A stretch of 64,000 nt of DNA from contig OZ287078.1 in the NCBI GenBank assembly GCA_965645245.1, positions 310,001 through 374,000 on the forward strand, in the 5' to 3' direction. This DNA is from Massalongia carnosa. Taxonomy: Eukaryota. Shown in pieces: positions 36,668 to 49,741 of the stretch. The translations under genes were made by a program, and so were the position numbers. Within the stretch, counting starts at the first letter, position 1. Each line of letters begins with the position of its first letter. The notes under the pieces are model-generated. The model searched no databases. It had not been told where the DNA came from and saw only the letters and a list, made by a program, of their open reading frames with translations.

Positions 36668-37513
36668 ATGCGTTTTCTTTTTGAAGTTCCTGTTGGAATG
36701 TTACGCATCACAATCGTCAACGCGTTTCCGCAACAGGTGCCCCCTACCTACAATGACCTAACCCATTCTCCCTTCCCCGATGATTCCGGCTCGTCGACCG
36801 ATCCTCTGCTCGCATACGTTCTTGATGACTTGGGCAATCTAGCCATCCAAACTATCAACAACAGAGCCAACACAGGCGTCAGCGATGAGTTCTTTACAAT
36901 GGATTCTAGTAATCAATATATGTATACCGCGAATGGATTGACTTTTCTCCTGAATATAGGTAGTGAGGAGGCTGACGCCTTCAGTGAACCAACCAATGGG
37001 GTAGACCATGGTGATGATACTACGGGCATCTCCGAGGTGTTGGCCTCTGCCATTGGCGGGTACCCCCGCAACCCCAGCAAAAGAGAAGACACCGAAGAAG
37101 GTATTTCCATTCACAGAGAAAACAATCCGGCGGGCTGCGTGATTGATGGGATGCCTTGAGGCTGATCTACTCTAACTTGCCCGGTTCCTCGTTCTAAAAC
37201 GCCACCTCAGTCCCTCGAACCTGCCCGAAAGCCACCTAAAAACGCCGGTGATTATATGCGGGGCCTGTGGTTAAACATTCCGGGTTCGTTGCGGCCAGGA
37301 TCTGGGGAACGGAAATGTCATCCACGAATACCGGTATGCTGCGCTTCTGCGATCGACGAGCATAACAACGCGCATGATTGTGTTGATTGTAAGGAACCGG
37401 CTTCCCATTTCTCGTTCTCTGAGCCATGCTTCTGCAACCATGAAGATAAAATGTTCTGCCTAAACATAGACTTATCGATTTCCCATTCCAGGGGGAGACC
37501 CACGGTGTCCTAA
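36668..37513 (+). pseudogene. Probable secreted protein gene with two in-frame TGA stops (37157, 37163) before a Cys-rich C-terminal part
   Basis: Degenerate signal-like N-terminus (..ITIVNAFPQQ), acidic middle and PSKR. The frame continues in phase into KCHPRIPVCCASAIDEHNNAHDCVD, followed by a GTAAG donor. 3' end uncertain. Confidence 0.5.
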
Positions 37514-39222
37514 GCTTCACCATTTTTGTTATGTGGCGATCGAGGTGATCTACCGTTTAAGGGAGAAATCTCCATTGTCGGTCAACCAGAGGGATTACAC
37601 GTTGGTCTCGTTGGCCTTGGCATGAACTGCGAACCCATCCCAGCTCGAAGGAATGTTCTCCTTCCCCGATGATAGATGTTCGGGGAATGAGCAGAGGTGA
37701 GCCACAAATTGAGATATTGGAGGAAGCGCGAAACCGCATCAAGACTTCCGAAACTTCTATTACTCTAACCCAAAATAAAGTCTTGAGGAGTTCTTGAGTT
37801 CAGTGTTTCCCTTTCGGTTCGATCTGCGATAACCGAGACTCGCATAGCCATTCAAAATCACTTCAATTCCAATGATTCTACCTCATCTTTCACTACTCCA
37901 TAGCAGGCCGAACGAATAAGAGTTACATTCAAGCATTGCCGAAGCCAGTTCTTCTCTCGTAAACTGTGGAACGGAAACCTGTTACCTGAAACCCTCGACC
38001 CTAAAGGGAAAACATTGGTGCGAAGTATTACGTATGAACGCCTCTGTAGGCTATCCTAGGTTTAAAAAAACAAATAAAAGCAATTAAAAAACAATGCCTA
38101 TGACAAAGCCTAGCAGGGCCGCGAAGGATCGAAGCACTTTGCGAACTGCGCCCAACCGACAAAAGGATTCGTTCGTCTTAGATACGTGCCTGGTGCATGT
38201 TTAACCGCTGTGGTTAGCTGAAGTAACTACGGAGTACTCCAAAGGCCCGGAGATTGAGTTGGGTCGCTCGTGAAGCCGGTAGTTATTGGGAGGAGATAGA
38301 CTGTACAAGAAGATATTACCAGCTTGTAGGAAAGTTCGTGGGTAACATTACAGCACGAGTTCGAAGTAACATTGTAGCATCATCTTTTCCCGGTGTAATC
38401 TTGCCCCATTTACATAATTACCGGTCAAAGTGACGTATCCAAAGCGCTTGGACTGTTTAGTTAGATCAAGCACTCTTTACAACATATCTACGATACTCAT
38501 ATGCTCCTCTACGAATGGAAAGTCCAAGTTCAGCGAATGACTGTCAATTCGATGATCCTGATAACTTCTTTTCAAAGCGTAGAAGCTGGTTTGCAAGTCC
38601 TTTACTCGCAACACGGGATGTTGGCTGGTTGCTTCTCAGGCAGTACCAAAAAGGGGGCATGCATGTCATGGTCCTATTACTGAACACCTCTACGCCTTAT
38701 CTGTGCCAGCGATAATTACGCTTACAGTGTATACGGTGCTCTGATCGTCACACTGACTCCAGAAATCTATTGGGCAAGCTTAGCTTTGCTACGGCCATGA
38801 AGGGAGGAAGTCATTCCCTCTTGCAACCGACCATCAAAATCAATACTCGACGGGCCTTCTATTTTTATTTCTGCTGTTTCCGTTCAGTACGTCTCTCAAG
38901 CATCTACATACATCGTTAATTCTTGGTTTTTTTGGTAAATGCATGACCTGGTGCAGACGATGTTCTCGATTTGAGAATCCCGTCACCAAGCGGGAAATCC
39001 TCCCAACGAAAAAAAAAACCGGTGGGACCTTCAAATGTCTCTTGATTGCTTTCTTATCTTTGTCTGATAAAGACATTTGAAACATTTACCAAAACGATGC
39101 GCAAATTTTCAGCCTCATGCCGCTCCAACGGCCCATGCCATGCTAATCAGTTTACGTTTGTGTCTTTCCCACGATAAATCTTCGAACCTTTTAAAACCGT
39201 GTATTTCTTTCATCAGCCCAAG

Positions 39223-40083
39223 ATGCGTTCAGTCTCCTACCTCACATTTCTGGTTCTCCCATCACTGGGGGTATCGGCATTCGGTTTTTCAACGATGAGA
39301 GAATGTCAGTATCAGGGCGTACCAGACGATGCTGTAGGCCCGCCATACCAATTGCTATCTAAATCGGCCTGACACCGTTTAACTTTCAATCTTGTTCGCA
39401 GCTTTGTCGTCCAAAGGAGCATTGTGTGGCCTGCGACTTCGACTCTGACGGGCATATCCAAACTCTCTGCCTCGATGCAGGATTCCCTACGATGGATCTG
39501 TGTCTCTTGCAAGCCAAAGGCTGTAAATGTGGCCCGGGAGCCCTTGAACAGTTACAGCTCCCGAATAGTGGAGGCACGACTTGCGAGAACCATGCTGTAA
39601 GTCCTCCCATTTACGCTTCCCACCCATTTTTCTTCCCTTCTAGATACTATATCCCAGCTTACATACACTTTAATGTGTCGACATCAGTTTTGCAAATCAC
39701 GCAAGCTCGGCCAGTGGTGCGCCAGGTGCACCTTTAATTCCGGATCCATGGGGCTGTGCTCCGAGGACTCGCCGAACAGCGATCGTAACTGGTGTGACGA
39801 TAAACGGTGCGATTGCAAATCTGTGGCAGACGGTGGTAGTGCTGCCGAGGGGGACTTCTTGGCTAGTGCGGATATCCTCGCGAACTCCGGTGTGCCGCCT
39901 CTCAGCGGGTCGATTGTGCCGACCACCGAAGAGACAGGGGCCGAGCCGCAGGGTTGGGGAGAAGAAACCATTGTCGGTGCACTCGGTCCCCAAAGCGGCG
40001 AAGATTCATTGCCGGTCGATAATAGCGAATGGGGTTTTAGCAACGGGCGAAGATTGAAAAGAAGGACTCCTTTGAAGCGTTGA
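39223..40083 (+). CDS. Secreted protein with two tandem 8-Cys domains, 233 aa; 3 exons (39223-39333, 39402-39596, 39688-40083)
   Basis: Signal peptide MRSVSYLTFLVLPSLGVSA, phase-0 GT-AG introns 39334-39401 and 39597-39687, 16 Cys, acidic tail ending RRLKRRTPLKR. Confidence 0.82.
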
Positions 40084-41316
40084 TTTTTATATGCTGATGC
40101 TGCTATAAATCTATGCAATTTTGTACCCCACCATTGTTATCTAGCCAATATGAAACAAGTTTCTCGATACGAGAAGCAGCCTGAAAGAGAGTGGCCAAGA
40201 TTTCCGTGCGCAGGGATATCAGAGACCTCTCAACATCAGTTCTACTCATGGGTGATTTCCCCTCCCGCAACGAAAAGATCAGAATGTGAAGAACCGATAT
40301 GCATCGATCGATGCAGCTGCGAGCGGCAGCATCTGAATGCCTCTGTTGAATAGCGGTTGCCGTTCCCAGGCAAAGTTGGCTCTTAAGCGTAATGCAGAGA
40401 TCGTTCTGTCGCGCACCTATTTCTCCAAAAAGATAAGACGGAGGTGAATGAACCAAAGAACAGGAATGCCGAATATGTGTCTATACTTCGTTCGTTTGTC
40501 CGGGGAGAGGGCTTTTTCCCCCGGAATACTTGTAGCCAGCTAGCTAGCCAGCTAGGAATGGGAAGGACAGACAGACAGACACACTGGCTCTTTTCAAAGC
40601 ATCACTCTCTTGCTTGTTTTGTTTTATGTTTTATTTATTTATTTATTGTTCCCCGCAAAGGGATCATCTGTGTATCTCGTTCGCCAGCCCCGGGTTCTAA
40701 TAGCAAGGATATTTATTATTGTATGTGAGATGGATAAGTAGGTAAAGTAGAAAAATGTAGATGAGTCTGTGTATATAATATATATCACGTCTTTTCATTC
40801 CTCTTCACTCACCCCTTAATAAACCGATAACTAGAAGAAGAAGAAGAAGTCAGGAGGTGTTTGGGCGGGGGAAAAAAAGAGAAAGATAGGGTAGATAGAT
40901 GGGTAGATGCATGGATGGATGATGAATAAGTTGGCTTGCTGAGTGAATTGAATGAAGGGCATTTGAGAAGCGTGTTTGCGCGGAAGATGTGAATTGTTGT
41001 ATTGTATGTTATTTATCTATTTATGTTTGACAGGACAAAGAAAGACCGTGGAGAGGGTAAAAAATGTGACGATAATGAATAAATGAACGAATGAATGAAA
41101 CGGAACGAAACAACGAAAGACACACATGCAAACCATTCTCGTGTGGAGGTGCGAAGTTGCTAATTACACATTCTCTTTGCGATTTTCAGCCTGTCTACCT
41201 ACTCTAACACTCTAATCCAAAGGAAACATCAGGATATACATACACTCCCCGCTCTCCATCCTCAACTACCTGCTTGATCAACGAGAAACCTCAACTTCGG
41301 TTCCGATTTCGCATCC

Positions 41317-41944
41317 ATGAATCCGTAAGTGGGAATCTATGAAGATGTGGTTCGAGGATAGGTAGGTAGACGCTGACCATGAACACCTACCTAGTCAGCC
41401 GTTCGCAATGCAACACCAAGGTCCTCCCCCACCGTACAGTCCGCTGGTCGCACCGACGTCTTTCGCAGTTGGTGGGTCGCCAATGTCCTCCCTCAGCAAA
41501 AATCCTGTCAGGAGGGGCTTCGTCAAGCTTGCCAACTTCCGGGCCGTCGGCCCACCACGCGTTTCCCGTTCCCACGGCCAAAACATTCAAGACTGCATCC
41601 AGACGACCTGGACGCGTCACGGGGAAACGGCGCACAGGATGACGCGCCTAGACGCGGACCTGGCGGCGGAGATCCGCGCGTTGCAGGAGAAGAACGTGGC
41701 GAGGAAGGTGGCTCTGCTGGAAAAACTTCGGAAAGAAGACTGGGTCCAGTTCGGCAGGTTGATGAGGGAGTGGCAGCGGGGGATGAGCGGCGAGGGGGAG
41801 TTTGAGGGGTGGGAGAGGGACTTGGGGATGTTTGCCATGACGGGGATGCTCAAGGTGAGAGTCGTGGGGATTGATGTCCTTCGGGATTTGAGGAAAGAAC
41901 TGGCGAGGTTGCAGGGGAAGGGAGACGCGGAAAGTGTGGACTGA
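41317..41944 (+). CDS. Hypothetical protein; 2 exons (41317-41324, 41395-41944)
   Basis: ATGAATCC|GTAAGT..CTGAC..TAG intron in phase with the 178-aa ORF; PPPPY motif and helical C-terminal half; no family recognised. Confidence 0.55.
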
Positions 41945-42824
41945 TAGGGGGCCTTGGAGAATATGGGGGAGAAGTAAAAGGGAAATGGCGCGGAAAGAGC
42001 ATAGGCTTGTCTTTTGGAAAATGAAATGGACAGACTTGCAATCAGGGTCAGTTTTGGCTGCACACCTCAATGTAGCATGTCGCCACCGTCTAAGACGGCT
42101 CATTTATCCCTATCGCCCTTTCCCTCTAGCTAAAACTTATATCTTAACGGGAACATGATAGATAGCGTTAGCGTCCCACCCTCAGCTGGAGCGTGTTAAA
42201 TAGAGTATGTAAATGTAAAATGAAATCTGCGGCTCGTTAGAGAAAAAAACTTTGCACCATGTATAAAAAGCTCCCATGACTTTGACAGCAGCCGAGGAGT
42301 AATTTATAGAGACAAGGTGAAGTGGGTAATCTGGATGCAGGGTAAGCACAACAAGAGGTAGGGTTTCCTACAAGTCGAGGAGCAATGGGGGTTGGAAGTA
42401 AGCAAAGCGGTTCACTTCAAACAGGCGAAGTCAATAAGGGATTTGTTAGTTAGAAGCTAGAGCCGAAAGATCAACTTCGTTTCTTTCATACCCTGTTCGA
42501 GCATGTCTTTTTAGCGCCCAGAAATTTTCTACCTCAGATTTAGGTATTGTGTGCAAATAGACGCTGACAGTTGTAACAACCTTGCTTTATCAGTGCCATC
42601 GTTACCTTTTCTTTTCAACCTCGTTGGGTTTCTTGGTCCTAGGGAGATAAATTCTTACTTCCTGAATCTCTTCATCTTGATTCTATCCTTTGAAACTTAT
42701 CGTAGACTGCTTCCTCTCCGAAATTGTGTAGCATCCTCATGACGTGGCCTAATCTCATTATAGGCTCTGACCTTGCTTGCCAATCTCAATAGTCTACACC
42801 AAGGTCTTCGTACAAGGAAGCATT

Positions 42825-44160
42825 TTAGGCCAGGAAGTTTGACGGCATGATACCCACTCCCTCACTCTTCTCACTCAAGCCGTTGTAGAAATCGTCGGTG
42901 AAGCTTGACACAACTCCCCTCTTTGCGGATTGCCGCGCTTGCTCCACGATGCTGAATTTCCTTCCCATCTCTCGGATATCTCTTACACTCTTACTGATGT
43001 TTCCCAACAAATCGACTATTGACACATTGCTCTTCTCTGCCAGTCTTTCTTGCTCAAATTTTGCTTGATCGGCAGGTAGCAGGAGAGGCAAGCGATTGAT
43101 GAGAGCTTGGATAGAGCGAAGGATGGGATGGCTGATTTCGGTAGGGTCCGTTGATAGGGAGGTTCCAGATGCCTCCGGTGATGACGACGAAGTTAGATAT
43201 GAGGGTGGTAAATTTGTAAGATAAGACTTAAGTAGCTGAATACGGGTATGCAACATCTTTATTGCATTGGCGCGAGCCGTGAGGGAAGCAATTACTAATG
43301 TGATGTCAGTAAGGCCATCTAGCAAGGCGAGGGACAAACATGCGTTCTTCATCTTCAGCTGAAAGTACAGATAATTCTTCCGCTACCTTGGTCTCTTTTT
43401 GCCTCCCGACCTTCTTAGAGTCCACTTCGCCAGGCGAAGGGGTTGCCGGTTGGCCTTTAGTATAACTTGTAGCACCCTCGGTAGCCGTGGCAATTCCCCC
43501 TCCCCTTGCAACAAAATCCACACTGATCATCTCCGCCTCGCCTGTCTCAACCGAATATGGCAATTCCCGGAATCTTAGATCCAATGGTGGAGCTTGCTGT
43601 GCATCCTGACCTTCAATCTCCATGGTCCCATCTCCATCAGTCTGCCCCTCTGTTTTCGTACTTTCGTAGGCGCTTTCGTAAATAGTTAAGGGAAGTTTCC
43701 CGCCGACGGAGACCCCTTCCAGAACATCTGCAGGATGGAAGGCAAGAAGGACGGCGGTTTCATTGTAATCATTCAGGATCTGCTTATGTATGGCTAGGTG
43801 CTCATATTCCGGCCCAGTGGCGGGAGCTGTAGTGAACCACCCTACCAGCTCCAACGTAGGGGATTTATGAACATCTTTATGTTGCTGTAAACGATCCCGA
43901 AACCAAGAGTCATTCAAGATTACCGGATCGCTACTATCCCCAAGTATAACATTACACTCGTAGGCGTGTTCAAGGGTGATTTCGCGCCCATTTTGTTGAC
44001 CAAGCAGTGCTCCAACGATCGGACTTTTCTGTTGTCGAAGGGTATGCCGAGTGATGTAGTCTGAGATAGTGAGAAGCACTAAAGGATGTAAATGGATGTG
44101 AAGCCCAGAATCAGAGGACTTATGCGTAGAGAGCAGCGATTTGGATGCTTCATCGGCCAT
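42825..44160 (-). CDS. CSN6: COP9 signalosome subunit 6 (MPN domain); 2 exons (44160-43344, 43294-42825)
   Basis: LHPLVLLTISDYITRH, GALLGQQNGREITLEHAYE, LVGWF, FRELPYSVETGEAEMISVDFVARGGG, ANAIKMLHTRI; GC-AG intron 43295-43343. Confidence 0.92.
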
Positions 44161-44781
44161 TCCAAACACTTAGGGGATGAAAGAACTTAGGTCTATAGTA
44201 ATAACGTTCTCTTGAACCCTTTGCCGCTGCCTTAGCCGCTTCGGCGCTTTTAGATTAACTACCCTTGTACTAGACTGCTCACACGTTAGTAAGGCTACCC
44301 TTACCTTAAGCATCAAATTATAGTGGCATACTGCTCTGTATGCCAACTATTCCTAGAGTATTCTAATTAGCGCAAGGTGCTACGTGGGCATACAAGCCCG
44401 CATAGGTACTAAAGTGTCAAAGGGAAAGAATATGTCCGATCATCCGAAATTTACTTCATAACTTCAATAAATTCCTCGAGTTAAGTCAAAATCTATGGCT
44501 CAAACCCCCTCGCTATCGTAACACATCATTTCTTCCCTTCATGAACCCCCAACTGCTGCCAAGAGGGGGTGGTGTGGAGAAGGTATACAGGGACCAATCA
44601 CCTCCTCAGAAAAAGGCGCAGCACTTAATAACCGTCGAGTTCATCCTCAAAATAGTGTTAGATCAGAAGCTGCTTTTTAGAATGTAAAATAACACCGGGG
44701 TATATATGCAGCGGACTGAAAAACGCCCCGAGAATGCCGAGAGTGATGTTCCTCCTTACGATATAGTGTCATTCAATCGTC

Positions 44782-46678
44782 TTAACGGCCCATAGTGGCA
44801 ATCATGCTACCTGCCTGACTGGCGACACCCATGGGGCCCTGAGCAACCCTTCTTCCAATTTCCATGATCATCTCCTGAAGCCTTTCTCCATCTCCTTCGG
44901 ACTCCGGCGAAATGGTTTTCATTTTTTGGTGAAAAACTACCACAAGATCATGCTTGGCCACCGCCACCTGATACGCAACATTTTCGGTATCGCCAATACC
45001 TCCTAATCGATGGCTGCTAAAGGTCTTAGCTGGTCGCAGCAAGTACGGGATGACGGTTTCCACCGTAGGGTTAGCTAGAATAGCTAGTACTCCAGACGGG
45101 GGTAGAAGCATGGTGGAGTCGGTGCATTTTCTAGCTAGCTCTTCCTCTGTGGGTAAGGTCAACGAGTCCTGCGAGGATGGCACGGCGGTTGTAGGCAACG
45201 GTTCCCATCTCGCCGTGAGGATTGTTTTTATTAAGCCAATGGCTGCCAAAGCGAGATCTTTTAGCACAACGTTGTCTGCAGCTTCAACCACTTCCTTCCA
45301 AAAGAGGGGGAACTGTTTTATATAGAGAAAATAGAGTGCCCGGGCGGCTGCGTTTTCCCTGGAGCTGATGGCAACGCTTGGCTCATTGTTTCCCCTAAAT
45401 ATCACTGCCATTGTCTTGTAAACATCAGCGCGTATGGGCTTTCGATTAATAAGGAATAAGGGCGAATTTTGGAAGCTCTGCGGGATGATTGTTACCCGAG
45501 GTAGAACAGCGAGTAGGCGAAGGTCATGCTGAAAAGTCATGTTCTGGGACATGCGATTTTCGAATACCCTCCCAAAAACTAGCGTGAGCTGTGTCAGTAT
45601 GCAGTTGAGAACCAAACGATCCTCTGAAAGATGGGCCCCGAATTTGCAGCAATACACTGTCAAGTAATAAGCAGCCGCGCCGTAGAGATATGAGGAGCTG
45701 GACGATTTGTATGCGCCAGCCTCTCTATAATAAGAGAGTACACGAGAATGAAGGCCCTTCCTGATGAGGAAATCTAATGATTCAGAGGATCCGTTGGACA
45801 AATATTTGGCCAGGAAATCGACGAGAGTTATTTCCATCAGAACATCTTCTTTACAATCGACCATATGTAGAGTAGCAAACTCCAAGAGTCCGCCGTCTCC
45901 AATACCATATCTACCCTCCATATGTGGGAAGTGTGTGCTTCGTATCATCTCACAGTCAATATGCACCAACAGATCAAACAGCCTTCCCTGTGAAATGGAT
46001 TTTTCCTTTTTAGTCGGCTGGTGTACCTGTCCATTGGGCGTAAGACTGCAGAGAGAAAGTATCAAACTATAAACGTCACGGTCTCGGAACATCCTTCTCC
46101 ACATCAAGCTATGAGAGTACGTCTCTGACGGCGCTTGGATTTCGCCTGGCTTGAGCAGCCCCAGGAGAACCTGGTGAGCCATATTTGCAACAGCCGTTTC
46201 CTGAGAACATAGCCATAGTTCGATTAGCGCAGTTACCAGCTCCGGCATCGCAGCTATGATATCGGCATAACTCTCTTTCCGCCCAGCCTTATCCAATAGA
46301 TGGAGGGTTGTCAGTTTGAGATCGCGCGAAGGAACCTGGAGCCCTGCGACAAAATCGATCGCTGGTCTAATTGCTAGTACTCGGGTGAAAGTAAAGCATT
46401 CGGGCTGGATTAAGCGGTCAACAAGCTTCGTAAGCGGCGCAGGATCTTCTCTCAGTGTCAAAATGAGTTCCGAGAGTTTATTGATGAAGGATTCTCTGTC
46501 GGTTTCAGTTATTGACCCTAAATAGTTCAGTTCTGATGTTGAAATGTCATTGTAGTTGCTAGATACCAACGGCTAATGCTTCAAAATGCTCCAGAAGCTG
46601 TTTGTCCAGACGAATATCTGGATCACAATGTATCTTCTCAAGATGGGCCCAGAGCTCCAGTTTGATTTTACTCCCCAT
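44782..46678 (-). CDS. Conserved alpha-helical (ARM-like) fungal protein, probably Hsm3/PSMD5-like proteasome assembly chaperone; 2 exons
   Basis: Long helical 595-aa ORF plus a 5' exon MGSKIKLELWAHLEK..LDKQLL joined by an intron near 46519-46567; LMWRRMFRDRDVYSLI, SQGRL, EDVLM. The gene is likely real; the product call is from recall only. Confidence 0.6.
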
Positions 46679-47051
46679 AATGTCAAGTTCTTTAGAGAAT
46701 TAAAGTTTGTGTGGAGATGTAAAAGCACCGAGGGTGAGATTTGATTTTTTGCCTCAAATCATTGTATGTTAACTTTTGGAGAGGGAGCTGCGCCCCCCCG
46801 GCTTTGATACAGCGCTAGAATATATATTTCAGATTCCTCCCACTTCGTCTACAATCGGCATCTTTTGTTTCAAAACACGAAGGCGTGCACGGCATGTACG
46901 ACTATCAGGAATTTGGATCAGCTTCTTCGGATCTCAAATTATCATGAATACCTCAAAGTGAAAATTAAGTGACCCCTATTCTAATCCGTTACCAAAACAA
47001 TTCCCTGCAACGGATGATCAGCATTCACATTATACCACACGACCTTTCCGA

Positions 47052-48017
47052 ATGGCCGCCCGCAATGCCAACGGACGAAAATGCCGTGGCGGTTCGAAAA
47101 AGATCAGCGGAGTGGAGTTCACGTGGGACCCCGACCTTGACGATAATAAGCCAGCGCCCGCGCCTCTCTTCCCAGTAAGTCGACCAACCCCGCCATTGCG
47201 GCTGCGCCCTTCGCACCTATCAACGTTCTCAAAGTACCATTGAAGATGCGCAATGAACTCAGCAAATGACCTGTGAATCCATCTAATGCAGACTATCACT
47301 ACCCAAACTGACACTTATCCAGGAATACAAACCCGCCCTGCCCAAACCTCTTAGCCAGGTGGAGAAAATCCAAGTTTCCCGCTTCCGCTCCCTTCTCACC
47401 AACATCCACGAAGGACCTCTCTACACCGTTCTCGGTGAAAACGTGCGTGTTGGAAAATTCCACGCTTCGTCCGCAGCAGCTACCTTCGATCCCTTTGAGG
47501 GCATGCCGACCTACAGCCAACGATACACCAAAAGACGACTGCGAATCCCAAAACTCGACACACGGCCTTACGGTTCGTTTGCATGCTTTGAATGCCGCTC
47601 TTACCCCATTAGTTTCGCTAACCCAAACGGGCAGTTCTAAAATTCTTTCCTAAAGAGCTCTGGTCGACCCTCGATCCCTCCTGTACAATCCAGAACGGCG
47701 TCGAGACGGACTCCGCCGGCAAGAAGCTGCACCTTTCCATCCTCAAGCGGCCGGACCGACTCAGCGGTTTAGACCGGGTGGAAGGCGAAGGTGGCTCGGG
47801 CGGCGAGGAGGACGAGAACGCGGACGGCAGGGAGCGGCTGCTAGATGAGGACGGGTTGGCTGAGGAGGAGGGAGTGGAAGAGGACGTGGACGACGAGTAC
47901 GACGAGGATGAGGACGAGGGGGGGGATTATAACGCGGAGCAATATTTCGATGATGGCGGCGATGACGCGGGGGACGATTACGATGGGGGTGAGGCGGAAG
48001 GGGGCGATTTCTATTGA
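47052..48017 (+). CDS. RPC31: RNA polymerase III subunit C31; 3 exons (47052-47174, 47323-47572, 47635-48017)
   Basis: PAPLFP, IHEGPLYT, FDPFEGMPTYSQRY, FFPKELW, acidic tail with DYNAEQYFDDG. Confidence 0.92.
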
Positions 48018-49081
48018 TACAAAAAAGAGTGGTACAAAAGGGGGGAATGGCTACATATCCTGTATCGACGGTATATTTGGGAGGCACTGGAGCCAACGGA
48101 GATGTTTTTGGAGTTAGATGAGGCATGTCGACAATACTTTCAGTCGCGCATATGTATGTTTCACTCGGCTAATAAATCCATCCATCGTCATGATCTTCCC
48201 CCCTCTCTCCGCTTCCTCATCCCCCATCTCCCTCTCCTCTCCCCCTCCTCCCTACATGGTCTACCTACCTACCCTCCTCCGCTAATCTCTTCCCCCCCCC
48301 CCCTCCACTAACGCATTTCAAGCAAGAGAAGAAAAATGATAGGGAGCGACAAATACGTCTGAACCCCATCTGAGCCCCCTCCATCCACTCATCTCCGCCA
48401 GCTATCCCCATCCCACACCCACAACGCACGAAAAAGCCCACGCGAAGCAAGCAAGCAAGCCAGCCAGCCAGCGGTAAATACCGGACGACCCAGATAACTA
48501 AGTAGAGAGCAGGTATGGTATGCACATCTCTATGTACGGGGAATGCCAAAAGACGAGGAAACCGAGTGGATTTCAAAAGTAAAATTAAAAAGATGGGATT
48601 TTATGAATGTGCTTTCTGATCTTTGCCTGGAGATAGGGGGATAGGTAGTTGAGTATGTAAAGCCTGGCCTATCTTCTATTGAATTAAAGAAAAAGACAAA
48701 GTACCGAGTATTAGACTCTTCTACCCCCGAACTGAGCATATTTTTAGCCCCTCGGCTTCTGTAGTAAACGATTGTTCCTTAGGCCCCTCCCTCATTCCTC
48801 CCCCGCTCCCGACTTCACCCATTCTAGCCTTCTTGCCCCTCTCCTCCAACTCATCCTACCCCCCCCCCCTCCCCCCACCTTTCTTGTGTTGTCGGCTCCA
48901 TGTCCCTTGCCCCCCTATTTTTTTCTCAGCTCGCCCAGAAACTCGGCGCTCCAGAGGTATCTCTAGGCGAGACGGCGCAGAGGGAGGTTGTAGAGCGATG
49001 GGTGTTGGACGGCCAGAAGGGAATTTCGATGGCAGGGTCTCGTCTTCTGATTCTTCGTCTTCTAGTCTAGCAGCGTTTATG

Positions 49082-49741
49082 TTAGCGAGAGATCCTTCGT
49101 TTTTTTCTTAGGGGTATCCTCGACCATGATCGAGGATAGAGAGATAGAGAAGACCTAACTACCTGGTCGGAAAGATGGCTTTTTTGGTCATTTTCGTCGA
49201 CGATGCTGGTAGTGGCCGAGGTTAAGAGAGACGCGATCCACGATTTGGAGGTGAATTCGTTCAAGCGAGCGATATCTTCCGTCGTGGGCCGGCTGCACGC
49301 ATTTTGAGAGCAGCATGCGCGGGTTCTTTCGTTAGCGGGGTGGACTTGGCGCAGGCAGTTTGAGGATAGTAGTGGACCCTCGATTTGAGGGGGAGGTTGG
49401 TTTATGTGATCTTTGATAGAGCGGTGGAAGGGGTTTCGAAGACGAGAGGGTGGGGCTGGGTGAGACTCTGAGTCTGGCGCAGCTGGGTGGCCTAGATTTT
49501 TCTCGGTCACCGAAACGGGGCGGTTGAATGGTTGGGGGTTTTTGGGATTGTCGTTTTTGATTGTACGGTCGTTTATGGGACCAAAGCTTGTAGCATGTTG
49601 GCTCATTCCCTCTTGTTGGTCGTTCACATATGGGGACGTTAGAGAGTTGAAAGAGTGGTGTTGATGGAGGATGAGTTGAGCTGCTTCCGGTGTGAGAGAA
49701 GTAGAGCCCGGAACAAGGGCAGATCTGCGCTTGAATGGCAT
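49082..49741 (-). CDS. Hypothetical low-complexity protein (3' end may be frameshifted)
   Basis: 219-aa ATG-initiated ORF, Pro/Ser-rich, no recognisable domain. Confidence 0.35.
   Translation of the reverse strand: MPFKRRSALVPGSTSLTPEAAQLILHQHHSFNSLTSPYVNDQQEGMSQHATSFGPINDRTIKNDNPKNPQPFNRPVSVTEKNLGHPAAPDSESHPAPPSRLRNPFHRSIKDHINQPPPQIEGPLLSSNCLRQVHPANERTRACCSQNACSRPTTEDIARLNEFTSKSWIASLLTSATTSIVDENDQKSHLSDQVVRSSLSLYPRSWSRIPLRKKRRISR

Noticed and set aside
48180..48930. C-rich / purine-pyrimidine tracts (also about 40560-41130)
   Set aside because: Ordinary low-complexity intergenic sequence with no repeat-spacer organisation.
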